Assembly (NCBI GenBank): GCA_964633905.1
Contig: CAZWIT010000002.1
Location: 128,833-192,832, forward strand
Length of the DNA stretch: 64,000 nt
Reading direction: 5' to 3'
Source: an uncultured Gammaproteobacteria bacterium
Lineage (GTDB): Bacteria; Patescibacteriota; Patescibacteriia; UBA1558; GWA2-36-10
Position numbers and translations under genes: made by a program. Each line of letters begins with the position of its first letter. Positions within the stretch are counted from its first letter, which is position 1. This document shows positions 28,412 through 37,677 of the stretch, one piece after another. The notes beneath the pieces were generated by a model, which worked only from the letters and a program-made list of their open reading frames with translations, searched no databases and was not told the origin of the DNA.

Positions 28412-29452
28412 ATGAGATTGTTAATTTTAACACAAAAAGTAGATAAAAATGATGCTATTTTAGGCTTTTTTCAGGCTTGGATTTTAGAATTTGCTAAAAA
28501 TTGTGAGCAATTAATAATTATTTGTTTAGAAAAAGGCGAGTATGATTTACCGGCCAATGTTAAAGTTTTGTCTTTAGGTAAAGAAATAGCGCCGCAGCGT
28601 TTTAAATATATTTTTAATTTTTATAAATATATTTGGCAAGAACGTAAAAATTATGATAGCGTTTTTGTGCATATGAATGTTGAGTATGTAGTTTTGGGCG
28701 GACTATTATGGAAACTATTGGCTAAAAAAATAGCCTTATGGTATATGCATAAAAGTATAACTTTAAAATTAAAATTAGCCGTTAGTTTAAGCAATTATAT
28801 TTTTACTGGTACTAAAGAAAGTTTTCGTTTAGTTAGTAATAAATTAAAAATATTACATCATGGTATAGATAATAATCTCTTTATTTTTCAAGAAAAAGAA
28901 AAACATCTAGAATTAAGATTATTAACAGTTAGCAGAATTACAGCTATTAAGCAAATAGATTTGATACTTGAATCGCTAGCTGTGTTAAAACAAAAAATAA
29001 ATCGGCCAGTAGTTTTGAAAATAGTGGGTGAAGCAATTACAAAAAATGATAAAGTATATTTAGCAGATTTAAAATTAAAAGTTCATAAACTTGGTTTAGA
29101 TGATAGTATAGAATTTTTAGGTCCGCTGACTAATCAGCAAGTAGTTGATGTTTATCATTGGGCAGATATATTTTTAAATTTTTCTAAAACTGGCAGTCTT
29201 GATAAAGCAATTTTAGAAGCAATGAGTTGCGGGACATTGGTACTTAGTTCCAATGATGCTAGTCGTAGTTTTTTGCCAGCAGATTATTTTATTGATCAAT
29301 TAATGCCTGAGTTGATTGCGGAAAAAATTATAAATTTATCATTGTTAGCAGATGATGCTAGTAAAATTTTAGCAAGTCGATTGAGTAAGTATGTAAGTGA
29401 TAATCATAATTTAAATAAATTAATTTTTGAAATAGTATCCTTTTTAAAATAG
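28412..29452 (+). CDS. Glycosyltransferase, GT4-like
   Basis: C-terminal GT-B motifs (ADIFLNFSKTGSLDKAILEAMSCGTLVLSSND). Confidence 0.65.
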   Translation: MRLLILTQKVDKNDAILGFFQAWILEFAKNCEQLIIICLEKGEYDLPANVKVLSLGKEIAPQRFKYIFNFYKYIWQERKNYDSVFVHMNVEYVVLGGLLWKLLAKKIALWYMHKSITLKLKLAVSLSNYIFTGTKESFRLVSNKLKILHHGIDNNLFIFQEKEKHLELRLLTVSRITAIKQIDLILESLAVLKQKINRPVVLKIVGEAITKNDKVYLADLKLKVHKLGLDDSIEFLGPLTNQQVVDVYHWADIFLNFSKTGSLDKAILEAMSCGTLVLSSNDASRSFLPADYFIDQLMPELIAEKIINLSLLADDASKILASRLSKYVSDNHNLNKLIFEIVSFLK

Positions 29453-29461
29453 TTATATAAT

Positions 29462-30103
29462 ATGGATTTATTAGAATTTGAAAATAAATTTTGGCAGCAA
29501 AATACGCAAGCAGAAACAATTAGGCATAGAGTAGCTGCCAGTATGATTGATAGTGCTAAAGTTTTGGATATTGGTTGTGGTGATGGCTTGTTTTTAAAAA
29601 TTTTAAAGAACAAAGGAATAGCAGCTTGTGGTTTGGATATTTCTACTATTTCTGTCGATAAATGTATAGCAGCCGGCTTAGAGGCTAGTGTCAGTGATTT
29701 TAGTGCGAATAAATTGCCATATAATGATAAAGAATTTGCCTTTGCTGTAATGTTAGATATTTTAGAACATTTATATAATCCAGATGAATTGTTACAAGAG
29801 GCAGCTCGGGTGGCTGATAATATTATTATCAGCGTGCCAAATTTTAATTCTTTGGCAGCTAGAATCCAAGTTTTGTTAGGTTTAGTGCCAGAAAATAATA
29901 TGCCTAGACAAGGGCACATTTATTGGTTTAATTATAAGAATCTAAAACAGATGATCAATAAACATAATTTAGAAATACAAGAGATAAAATGTAATTATAT
30001 TTGGGAAAACAAATTTTTATTTGCGCCTCTGATGAAATTATTAGGAAGAAATTTTCCCTCACTTTTTGCTTTATCTTTTATTGTTAAATTAAAAAATAAA
30101 TAG
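29462..30103 (+). CDS. Class I SAM-dependent methyltransferase
   Basis: Motif I VLDIGCGDGLF and the downstream acidic residue (MLDILEH). Confidence 0.75.
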   Translation: MDLLEFENKFWQQNTQAETIRHRVAASMIDSAKVLDIGCGDGLFLKILKNKGIAACGLDISTISVDKCIAAGLEASVSDFSANKLPYNDKEFAFAVMLDILEHLYNPDELLQEAARVADNIIISVPNFNSLAARIQVLLGLVPENNMPRQGHIYWFNYKNLKQMINKHNLEIQEIKCNYIWENKFLFAPLMKLLGRNFPSLFALSFIVKLKNK

Positions 30104-30104
30104 T

Positions 30105-30845
30105 ATGAATAATTCAGAATTTCCTCAAAAATATTTTGGCCAAGTTGATAATGAGGTAGCCAAGCAGCAGGATATAAAAAATATTTCTCACCGCAAAAAA
30201 TTTGTAGAAATAATAAAGTCCTTGCCTCAGAATTGTACGGTTTTAGATGCTGGCTGTGGTTCGGGTAAATATTTAAAGTTTATTTTGGCCTATCGTCCAG
30301 ATATCAAAGTTTACGCTGTTGATATTAGCGATGTTAGTAATTATATGCCAGAACAGGTTAAATTCATCCAATGTTCAGTAGAGGATCTTGATCAGCATTT
30401 TGAGGAAAATACTTTTGATTTTATTGTCTCGGCCCATGTGATTGAACATCTGCTAACACCTATGAAGATGATGGCGGCTTGCAAAAAAGTCTTAAAGCCA
30501 GAAGGGCAATTATATATAGAGACACCTAATTGGGTAAGACTTTTTGTGCCTTGGTTGCCCCAATTTTTTTATAGTGACTATACCCATATTAGAGTTTTTT
30601 CTAAATATACTATGTTTTATTTATGTAAAGATTTTGACTTTGAAATTAAATTTTTAAAATCTTATAGTAGTACACCATTATGGATTAGTAGGGTAAATGT
30701 TTATGAAGCCATAGCACCAGTTCAAGAGACAAATAAAATAAAGACCAAGCCACTACCCATAAATTTGTTAAGTAAAATAATGACTCGTTTGTGGTCAATT
30801 GTTATTAAAGATATAATGATTTTAGTAGCAGTCAATAAAAAATAG
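30105..30845 (+). CDS. Class I SAM-dependent methyltransferase
   Basis: Motif I VLDAGCGSGKY. VSAHVIEHL. Confidence 0.75.
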   Translation: MNNSEFPQKYFGQVDNEVAKQQDIKNISHRKKFVEIIKSLPQNCTVLDAGCGSGKYLKFILAYRPDIKVYAVDISDVSNYMPEQVKFIQCSVEDLDQHFEENTFDFIVSAHVIEHLLTPMKMMAACKKVLKPEGQLYIETPNWVRLFVPWLPQFFYSDYTHIRVFSKYTMFYLCKDFDFEIKFLKSYSSTPLWISRVNVYEAIAPVQETNKIKTKPLPINLLSKIMTRLWSIVIKDIMILVAVNKK

Positions 30846-30846
30846 C

Positions 30847-31905
30847 ATGCAGAAAAAAAATTTTTATTTTATATCTTTCGGTTCCATTGGTGATTTTTTA
30901 ATGGATATTGTTTTAGCTGAAAATATCAGACAAGATGGTTTGCGACAAAAAGATGTTGATGTTAGATTATATATAATTATTCCTAAGCAAAATAATTTTT
31001 TGCAAGATATTATAAAATATTATGATTATATAGATTTGATAGTGCTTGATAATTTTAAAAAAAAGATATTGTTTTATTTTAAGAATTTTTATAAATTAAA
31101 TTTTATATTTACCGTGCCTACTTTCGGCAGTATGCCAATAGAGCTTAAAATATTTGGATTTTTAATAACCCGTAGCAAGGGCAGTAAATTTATTGGATTT
31201 AATGATAAAAGTGGTATTAATAAATATTTTTATGATAAGGAAATTATTTTTGATTATCATCAGCCTTATTATGAAAATTTATTAAAAATATTAGATTTTT
31301 TAAAAATTAATTATAGTAAGGAGCCTCCTTTTTTAGATATTGAAATTGATAGAAAATTAGTAGATAGTCAATTTACACAATATCTAGATAAGTCCTATGT
31401 TGTATTACATGTCTGTGGTAAAAATATTACTAGATCTTGGCCAGTTGATAATTGGGTAAAGTTTATTAATTATTTTCACCAAAATTATCCAGAACATAAT
31501 ATTATTATGACAGGCTCTAAACAAGATACTGATTTTATTAATCAAATAATTAATAATTTACCAGAAGCGGATTTTATAAAAGATTTTAGTGGGAAATTAA
31601 ATTTTAATGAGTTATTATTTTTATTAAAAAATTCCAAGTTATATATTGGCGTAGACACTGGCATTACCCATTTGGCTAGTCTCTTGCGTTTACCAAGTTT
31701 AGTGATTGGCAACCTATCAAATCCAACTTGGCTTTCATATTATAATCCACTGGTCACCATTTTATTTAATAAAGAGAATTGCACCTGTAAGGGTGATAAA
31801 AGTGGTAATTGTTATTATTTTATAGATGACAAAAAATATTATCGTTGTATGATGGATATAAAATTTGACGATGTAATAAATAGTTTAAAAAAATATTTAA
31901 ATTAA
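30847..31905 (+). CDS. Glycosyltransferase family 9 (heptosyltransferase-like)
   Basis: N-terminal FISFGSIGDFLM and a C-terminal VVLHVCGKNITRSWP...LYIGVDTGITHLASLLRLPSLVI block characteristic of GT9 (RfaF/WaaC-like). Confidence 0.65.
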   Translation: MQKKNFYFISFGSIGDFLMDIVLAENIRQDGLRQKDVDVRLYIIIPKQNNFLQDIIKYYDYIDLIVLDNFKKKILFYFKNFYKLNFIFTVPTFGSMPIELKIFGFLITRSKGSKFIGFNDKSGINKYFYDKEIIFDYHQPYYENLLKILDFLKINYSKEPPFLDIEIDRKLVDSQFTQYLDKSYVVLHVCGKNITRSWPVDNWVKFINYFHQNYPEHNIIMTGSKQDTDFINQIINNLPEADFIKDFSGKLNFNELLFLLKNSKLYIGVDTGITHLASLLRLPSLVIGNLSNPTWLSYYNPLVTILFNKENCTCKGDKSGNCYYFIDDKKYYRCMMDIKFDDVINSLKKYLN

Positions 31906-31919
31906 GTTATTAAAAATTT

Positions 31920-32519
31920 ATGAAAAAATATGCACCTTTAATCTATAATCCTGACAAAATAATATCTAAGAATGCTTTGGCTGAATTTGAGAAAATTTTA
32001 GATATTGGTTGTGGCCCCAACAAAGTAGAAGGCGCTACGGGTATTGATAGTATTAAAAGTCCAGGCGTAGATGTAGTTTGGGATTTGGATCAATATCCTT
32101 GGCCTTTTCCGGATAATCATTTTAATCTTATTATTTCTAACCATGCTTTTGAGCATTTGACAGACCTAGTGAAAGTTATCACTGAGTGTTATCGTATTTT
32201 AGGGCCAGAAGGTAGATTAATTGTTAATGTGCCTTATTTTAGAGATAGAGATGCCTTTGGTGATCTTACTCATAAACATTTTTTTACAGTCCGATCTTTT
32301 GATCATTTTGTTAAAGGTACAAAAGCTAGCCGTTATAAATACGCTAATGTAGATATGGAGCTAGTTGATATTTACTTAGGTTGGCCTAGTGTTAGCAAAA
32401 ATAAAATACGCAACATATTAAAAAAATTTATCAACGGGCATAAAGATTTTTATGAGAAAAAGTTATCTTATTTCTATCCGGTTAGAAATATAGTTTATGA
32501 GTTGCTTATAAAAAAATAA
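31920..32519 (+). CDS. SAM-dependent methyltransferase
   Basis: ILDIGCGPNKVEGATGIDS motif I. NHAFEHL. Confidence 0.65.
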   Translation: MKKYAPLIYNPDKIISKNALAEFEKILDIGCGPNKVEGATGIDSIKSPGVDVVWDLDQYPWPFPDNHFNLIISNHAFEHLTDLVKVITECYRILGPEGRLIVNVPYFRDRDAFGDLTHKHFFTVRSFDHFVKGTKASRYKYANVDMELVDIYLGWPSVSKNKIRNILKKFINGHKDFYEKKLSYFYPVRNIVYELLIKK

Positions 32520-32530
32520 ATTTTTTAGGA

Positions 32531-33772
32531 CTATATTTTTTTAAAATAATATCTCAACAGAAAACCATTGAGTAGTAATTGGATAATAGTAGCTAAAATG
32601 GCTCCTTTGATTTGAAAAAGGGGAACAAAAATTAACATTAAAACTATTTGTAGAATTGGTCCAATAGTATTGATAATGTATAAAAATTTTGTTTTATATT
32701 GAGTTTGAATTGCCAGTAGCAATAAATTTTGGGGATAAAAAAGTAAAATTAAAGAATATAATTGTGAGTAAAAAACAGAGTCTAAATAAGCGGGAAAAAA
32801 TATTTTATAGATTGTAGGTGCAGCTAGCCAGTATATTATTATAATAAAAAATAAAACAAAATATAATCGAGATATTTTTTTTGGTAAATTTTCTTGTATT
32901 TCTAAATTATTTTGTTGGCTTATTTTTGGTAGAGCTAAGGTGCCTAAATTTTGTAAGTAGCCTTTAATATGAATAATTGGTGATATTGATAAAGCATAAA
33001 TGGCTAACTGCACTGGTCCTAAAAAATGCCATAAGATTAATTTATCGGCATTGCTAGCAAGAGCTCCCAGGACACCCATAAAGCTTAAATGTTTGCCGTA
33101 TTTTATGGTTTCTGAATCTTTTAGTTTATTTGCTTTATATTTTTTGACTGTTAAAATGAAAAATAAAATAGACAGTAAAGTATTAATAAAAAGATGGGCA
33201 ATGATAATACTAATTAAACTATGAAATTTTGTTATTATTAAGGTAATAAAAAGCAGATAAACAGTCACACGAATCATTTTGTAGATACTGGATGTTTTAA
33301 AAAGTTTTTTAGCATTTAGGATAGCCGCATAGACATCAAAACTTTCTAGCAGCGGAAAAAATAGAGCACAGATTAAAAATATTTTAGCAAAATCAGTATT
33401 ATTTTTATATTGATAATAGCCAGCAATAAAAATAAAAATTAAACTTGCCAACAGACTCCACTTAAGTTTAGTTTTTATAATATCATATATAGAGCCTTCT
33501 TGATTTTTGGCAATTGCCTGGATTAAGGCAGTATTTAGACCGGGTAGATTAAAGATAGTTAAAATAGCAATAATAGAAGCTACATATTGATAGCTACCAT
33601 AGGTTGTTTTACTTAAAAAATTAGCAAAAATAATAGTAATAAGGAATGCTACTATAACTCCGATGGTTTGGCTAAAAATTAACCAAAATCCGCCTTGAGC
33701 TAAATACACCATATCAGTTTTGGTGTATTTTTCACTCCAGCGCAAGAGATTGTATAATTTATTTTTAAGCAT
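32531..33772 (-). CDS. Wzx-like oligosaccharide flippase (MOP/polysaccharide biosynthesis protein family)
   Basis: 413 aa with about 12 TM helices. The N-terminal region resembles Wzx/RfbX flippases. Confidence 0.65.
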   Translation of the reverse strand: MLKNKLYNLLRWSEKYTKTDMVYLAQGGFWLIFSQTIGVIVAFLITIIFANFLSKTTYGSYQYVASIIAILTIFNLPGLNTALIQAIAKNQEGSIYDIIKTKLKWSLLASLIFIFIAGYYQYKNNTDFAKIFLICALFFPLLESFDVYAAILNAKKLFKTSSIYKMIRVTVYLLFITLIITKFHSLISIIIAHLFINTLLSILFFILTVKKYKANKLKDSETIKYGKHLSFMGVLGALASNADKLILWHFLGPVQLAIYALSISPIIHIKGYLQNLGTLALPKISQQNNLEIQENLPKKISRLYFVLFFIIIIYWLAAPTIYKIFFPAYLDSVFYSQLYSLILLFYPQNLLLLAIQTQYKTKFLYIINTIGPILQIVLMLIFVPLFQIKGAILATIIQLLLNGFLLRYYFKKI

Positions 33773-35136
33773 TAGCGTCCTAAAGCCATGTTAAAGACGG
33801 CGTTGATAGTTTTTAAAATAATAGAAATATCTAAGATAATTGATTGATTTTTAATATAAAATAGATCATATTGCAACTTTTCTTTAGCATCAACCACCGA
33901 AGAGCTGTAAGGATAATTAATTTGTGCCCAACCAGTTAAGCCCGGTTTAATAATGTGTCTTTCGTTGTAAAATGGCACTGCTTGGCTTAATTGTTCAACA
34001 AATTCGGGACGTTCAGGGCGTGGTCCTACAAAACTCATGTGGCCAATTAAAATATTTAGAAATTGAGGTATTTCATCAAGACGTAAGCGTCGCATAAATT
34101 TACCAACTTTAGTAATGCGAGTATCATTTGGTTGTGACCAGACAGCTCCATTTTTCTCAGCATCTACTATCATAGAGCGAAATTTATAAACTTTAAATTT
34201 TTTACCTAAATAGCCAACGCGTATTTGTTTGTAGATAATCGGGCCAGGGGATTCGATTTTAAGAGCAATGATTATCAGAGGAATTATTAGTAAGGATAAT
34301 ATTCCAAACACTAGAGCAAAGATAATATCGATTACTCTTTTGGCTATTGGAAAAGTGCGGTTGTTTTTTTGAGTGATATTTTCTAAAAACCAAATTTTTT
34401 CTAAAGCAAGCAAAGGAATTTTTCCGGTAATTTTTTCGTAAAAATTAGTTAGGTTATAATATTGGATTTTAAGATCCAGGCTATCAAATAAGGCGCGGGC
34501 AATTTCAGGACTGTAACTTGGGTTATTAAGATTTACTACGGTATTTATTTTGTGCTGACGTAGTTTATTTTTTAACTCAGTAATATCTTTAATACTAGGT
34601 ATAATTTGAAATTTTTCTGGTAAGGGGGAATGGTCAGGGTTAACTATTAGTCTTATTTTGTAGCCTAATTGTGGTTTACTGATAATTTCCTCAATTAATG
34701 ATAATGATTCTGGGCTAACTCCAATTAAGGCCAGATTATTACCCAGGGTAGTACTAGAATTTATTTGGTAGAAAAATTTTCGCCATAAAAAAAATAAAAT
34801 TGCAAAAACAGCAATTAATATCAATAATATAGTTTGTGGTTTTAGATCACTAAAGCGTCCAAAGATTAAATAAAAAAATAAAACAGCCAGTAAGGCGTTA
34901 ATAGCTATATTTTTGGCTATTTGCCCATAAAATTTAAAGTCATTACGAGCTTTATCAAAGTCATAAAGACCGTTAATAAAAAATACCAAGATCCAAACCA
35001 GAAAAATAATACTAAAAGGTATTAAGTGTTTTTGCCAAATAGCATTAGACCAATGACCATAGCGCATCCATAGAGTTAGACCTAAACTAATATATAATAT
35101 AACAATGTCTCCCAAACAGAGGCTAAGTTTTTTCAT
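33772..35136 (-). CDS. Polyprenyl-phosphate glycosyl-1-phosphate transferase (bacterial sugar transferase, WbaP/CpsE-like priming enzyme)
   Basis: C-terminal catalytic domain IESPGPIIYKQIRVGYLGKKFKVYKFRSM...DEIPQFLNILIGHMSFVGPRPERPEF. N-terminal TM bundle. Confidence 0.85.
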   Translation of the reverse strand: MKKLSLCLGDIVILYISLGLTLWMRYGHWSNAIWQKHLIPFSIIFLVWILVFFINGLYDFDKARNDFKFYGQIAKNIAINALLAVLFFYLIFGRFSDLKPQTILLILIAVFAILFFLWRKFFYQINSSTTLGNNLALIGVSPESLSLIEEIISKPQLGYKIRLIVNPDHSPLPEKFQIIPSIKDITELKNKLRQHKINTVVNLNNPSYSPEIARALFDSLDLKIQYYNLTNFYEKITGKIPLLALEKIWFLENITQKNNRTFPIAKRVIDIIFALVFGILSLLIIPLIIIALKIESPGPIIYKQIRVGYLGKKFKVYKFRSMIVDAEKNGAVWSQPNDTRITKVGKFMRRLRLDEIPQFLNILIGHMSFVGPRPERPEFVEQLSQAVPFYNERHIIKPGLTGWAQINYPYSSSVVDAKEKLQYDLFYIKNQSIILDISIILKTINAVFNMALGR

Positions 35137-35313
35137 GGGTTTATTTTAAAAATATATTTGATATTATACTATAAATAAGCCATTTTTGTCAATAAAAACG
35201 GCTTTATTTTTTTAAATTAGACTTGTTTATTTATCAAAATAAAGTATAATTTAGGAAATGCATAAGATTAACTTTTGTTTATACAAATATTTTAAAAAAT
35301 AAAATAAATATTT

Positions 35314-37503
35314 ATGAAAATCAATTGGCCACGTTTAAGAAATATTGATGACTTTCTTAATTTAATTATTAAAATTTGTTTAGTTTTAGTATTTATTACT
35401 CCTTTGGTTGCCCCAATTTTTTCTAGGCAACTTGAGAGTTTTAATTATTATTTCCCTTTTATTGTCCCGCGTAATATATACTGGCGTTTTTTGGTAGAAC
35501 TTGCTTTGACTTCTTATTTATTTTTAGCCTTGCATCATAAAATAGCTAAACCACAATTAAATAAGGCTTATACTTTTTTTATTTTATTTGTAATATCTTT
35601 ATTTATTTCTAGTTTGTTAGCTCAAAATTTTGTTTTTAGTTTCTGGAGTAATTATGAGCGTATGGATGGTCTAGTAAATTGGCTACACTTGCTGGCTTAT
35701 GTTTTTGTTTTAGCCGCCTATTTAGGCAAGCATAAAAAGTCATGGCAGTTGTTAATGAAGGTTTCTATTTTGATTGCTGTATTGGTCGCTTTGCATGCTT
35801 TAGGGCAAAGATTAGGTCTAACTTGGTTAATTGCTTCTTCGGGCGGCGCTAGATTAGCTGCTACTTTAGGCAATGCTGCTTATGTTGGCTCTTATTTATT
35901 TTTACATTTAGTAATTTTAAGCTATTTATTTATTTTAAATATTAGATCAGGCAAATTATGGTCCTTAAGTAGCTGGGCTTATTTTTTTAGTGCGATATTA
36001 TTTATTTACGTTTTAGTGGCTACTAATACCAGAGGACCATTTTTGGCTTTAATGTTTTTTGTGTTTTTTATGGCCCTGGCTTATTTGTGGTTTCAGCGTA
36101 AATCACGCCATCGTTTTTATTATGTGGTAGCAGGGCTATTGTGTTTAATGATATTTTTTGTAGCTTTATTATTTATTCAAAAACAGAGTACTTGGGTAAA
36201 AGCAGTGCCTTTGTTTGAAAAGATATCTAGCATATCTTTGAGCGATACTAGCACTCAGTCACGTTTATTGATTTGGGGCGAGAGCTTAAAAGCTTTTAAA
36301 GAAAAACCAATTTTTGGTTGGGGCGAAGAAAATTTTATTTATGCTTTTAATAAATATTTCCCAACTAAGATTTATCATGGCGCTGGTTCAGAAACCTGGT
36401 TTGATCGGCCACATAATATCTTGGTGCAGCATTTAATCCACGGCGGTCTACTGGCAGTTTCTCTTTATTTGGCAATATTTATTTATTTGATTATTCTTTT
36501 ATACAAAGAATATAAAAAAGATCATGATTGGCTAATTAATTTTTTGTGGATTGGCTTTTTGCTTAGTTTCTTGCTACAAGATTTATTTATTTTTGATAAT
36601 TTGAGCGTCAGCGTAGTTTTTTATCTATTATTAGCCTTTTTAATAGCAACTTTGGGTAATGAAGCAGGCGGTTTTTGGTCTAGAACTAGCGCATTATTTA
36701 GCAAAATAAAAATTAGGAGAACTCATTATAAAATTTTGCCTTTTATTTTATTATTTTTATTTCTCTGGTCTTTGCAGGAAATGATCTATAAACCGTTGTT
36801 AAGTAATAAAATTTTAGTTAATACTTTACGTGACTCCTATTTAGCGAGTAGTGCCGATGATTTTACTAAATTACAAGCAGATTGGGAGCGCTCAGTTAAT
36901 TTGACTAGCTTAGGGGACAAGGAAAAAGTCGAAGTTTTATTACAGATGTTTCAAAGTGTTTTAAATAATAAACAGGCCACTGATCAAGATAAGAGAAACT
37001 TTTTTGCCTTATTGGGTAATAATTTTGAAGAAGTAGCTGCAAAATATCCAGATGATATTAGGTTTAATATGATTTTGTCTTCTTTTTATGCTAACTTGAT
37101 GCAAGTAGAGCCAGTTTTTGCTCAAAAAAATGTTGCCCTTTTAGAGCGTTTAGAAGCTTATGCTCCTAAGCGACCAGATATCAAGATGTCTTTAACGGGC
37201 GCTTATTTACAACTTGGTAATTTAGAAGGAGCTAAAAAAGTAGCAATTGCTGCTAAAGATTTGGTGCCAGATGTGAGAGAAGTATATTGGAATTTAGTTT
37301 ATGTTTATGTTCAAGAAAAGAATCTTAGTGAATTAGATATATCTTTAAAGAAGATTATAGTTTTAAATATGCAGATTGAGGGTATTGCTCTGAGCCAAGA
37401 AGATGTGATGAGGTTGAATTATATTTTATCTAGAGTTGATCAGAAAAAAGATCCAGAATTATATAAAGTTTTGAATAATTTTTTACCAGCTAGTCAGGAA
37501 TAA
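35314..37503 (+). CDS. Wzy_C (O-antigen ligase / O-oligosaccharyltransferase PglL-like) polytopic membrane protein with C-terminal TPR-like domain
   Basis: 729 aa with about 12 TM helices. The loop LVATNTRGPFLALM is characteristic of the Wzy_C family. The C-terminal ~220 aa are soluble, helical and TPR-like. Confidence 0.65.
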   Translation: MKINWPRLRNIDDFLNLIIKICLVLVFITPLVAPIFSRQLESFNYYFPFIVPRNIYWRFLVELALTSYLFLALHHKIAKPQLNKAYTFFILFVISLFISSLLAQNFVFSFWSNYERMDGLVNWLHLLAYVFVLAAYLGKHKKSWQLLMKVSILIAVLVALHALGQRLGLTWLIASSGGARLAATLGNAAYVGSYLFLHLVILSYLFILNIRSGKLWSLSSWAYFFSAILFIYVLVATNTRGPFLALMFFVFFMALAYLWFQRKSRHRFYYVVAGLLCLMIFFVALLFIQKQSTWVKAVPLFEKISSISLSDTSTQSRLLIWGESLKAFKEKPIFGWGEENFIYAFNKYFPTKIYHGAGSETWFDRPHNILVQHLIHGGLLAVSLYLAIFIYLIILLYKEYKKDHDWLINFLWIGFLLSFLLQDLFIFDNLSVSVVFYLLLAFLIATLGNEAGGFWSRTSALFSKIKIRRTHYKILPFILLFLFLWSLQEMIYKPLLSNKILVNTLRDSYLASSADDFTKLQADWERSVNLTSLGDKEKVEVLLQMFQSVLNNKQATDQDKRNFFALLGNNFEEVAAKYPDDIRFNMILSSFYANLMQVEPVFAQKNVALLERLEAYAPKRPDIKMSLTGAYLQLGNLEGAKKVAIAAKDLVPDVREVYWNLVYVYVQEKNLSELDISLKKIIVLNMQIEGIALSQEDVMRLNYILSRVDQKKDPELYKVLNNFLPASQE

Positions 37504-37528
37504 TGGTTTAATTTTTTATCATCTTATT

Positions 37529-37562
37529 AGAGCAGCCTTGTGCATAGGCTGCTCTTTGTTTT
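37529..37562 (+). terminator. Rho-independent terminator
   Basis: AGAGCAGCCT-tgtgcat-AGGCTGCTCT followed by TTGTTTT. Confidence 0.8.
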
Positions 37563-37587
37563 AGGTAGCAAAATATGTTATAATAAA

Positions 37588-37642
37588 CCCTGTTAAATGC
37601 CACGCAGTGGCAGTCCCGTTAAGGCGGGACTATTTAACAGGG
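37588..37642 (+). ncRNA. Candidate cis-regulatory structured RNA (three-way junction) in the 5' leader of the chemosensory/pilus operon
   Basis: An 11-bp closing helix (CCCTGTTAAAT/ATTTAACAGGG) encloses two hairpins (GCCACgcaGTGGC and GTCCCGttaaggCGGGAC). It lies between a terminator and the gene start at 37678. A TATAAT sits at 37579-37584. Confidence 0.35.
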
Positions 37643-37677
37643 TAAAAGGGTTATAAAAAGCAAAAACAAAAATTAAA

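Noticed and set aside
29404-29919. Minus-strand 171-aa ORF overlapping GT and methyltransferase genes
   Set aside because: Antisense to two genes with clear motifs.
33000-33224. Plus-strand 74-aa ORF inside the minus-strand Wzx gene
   Set aside because: Shadow ORF.
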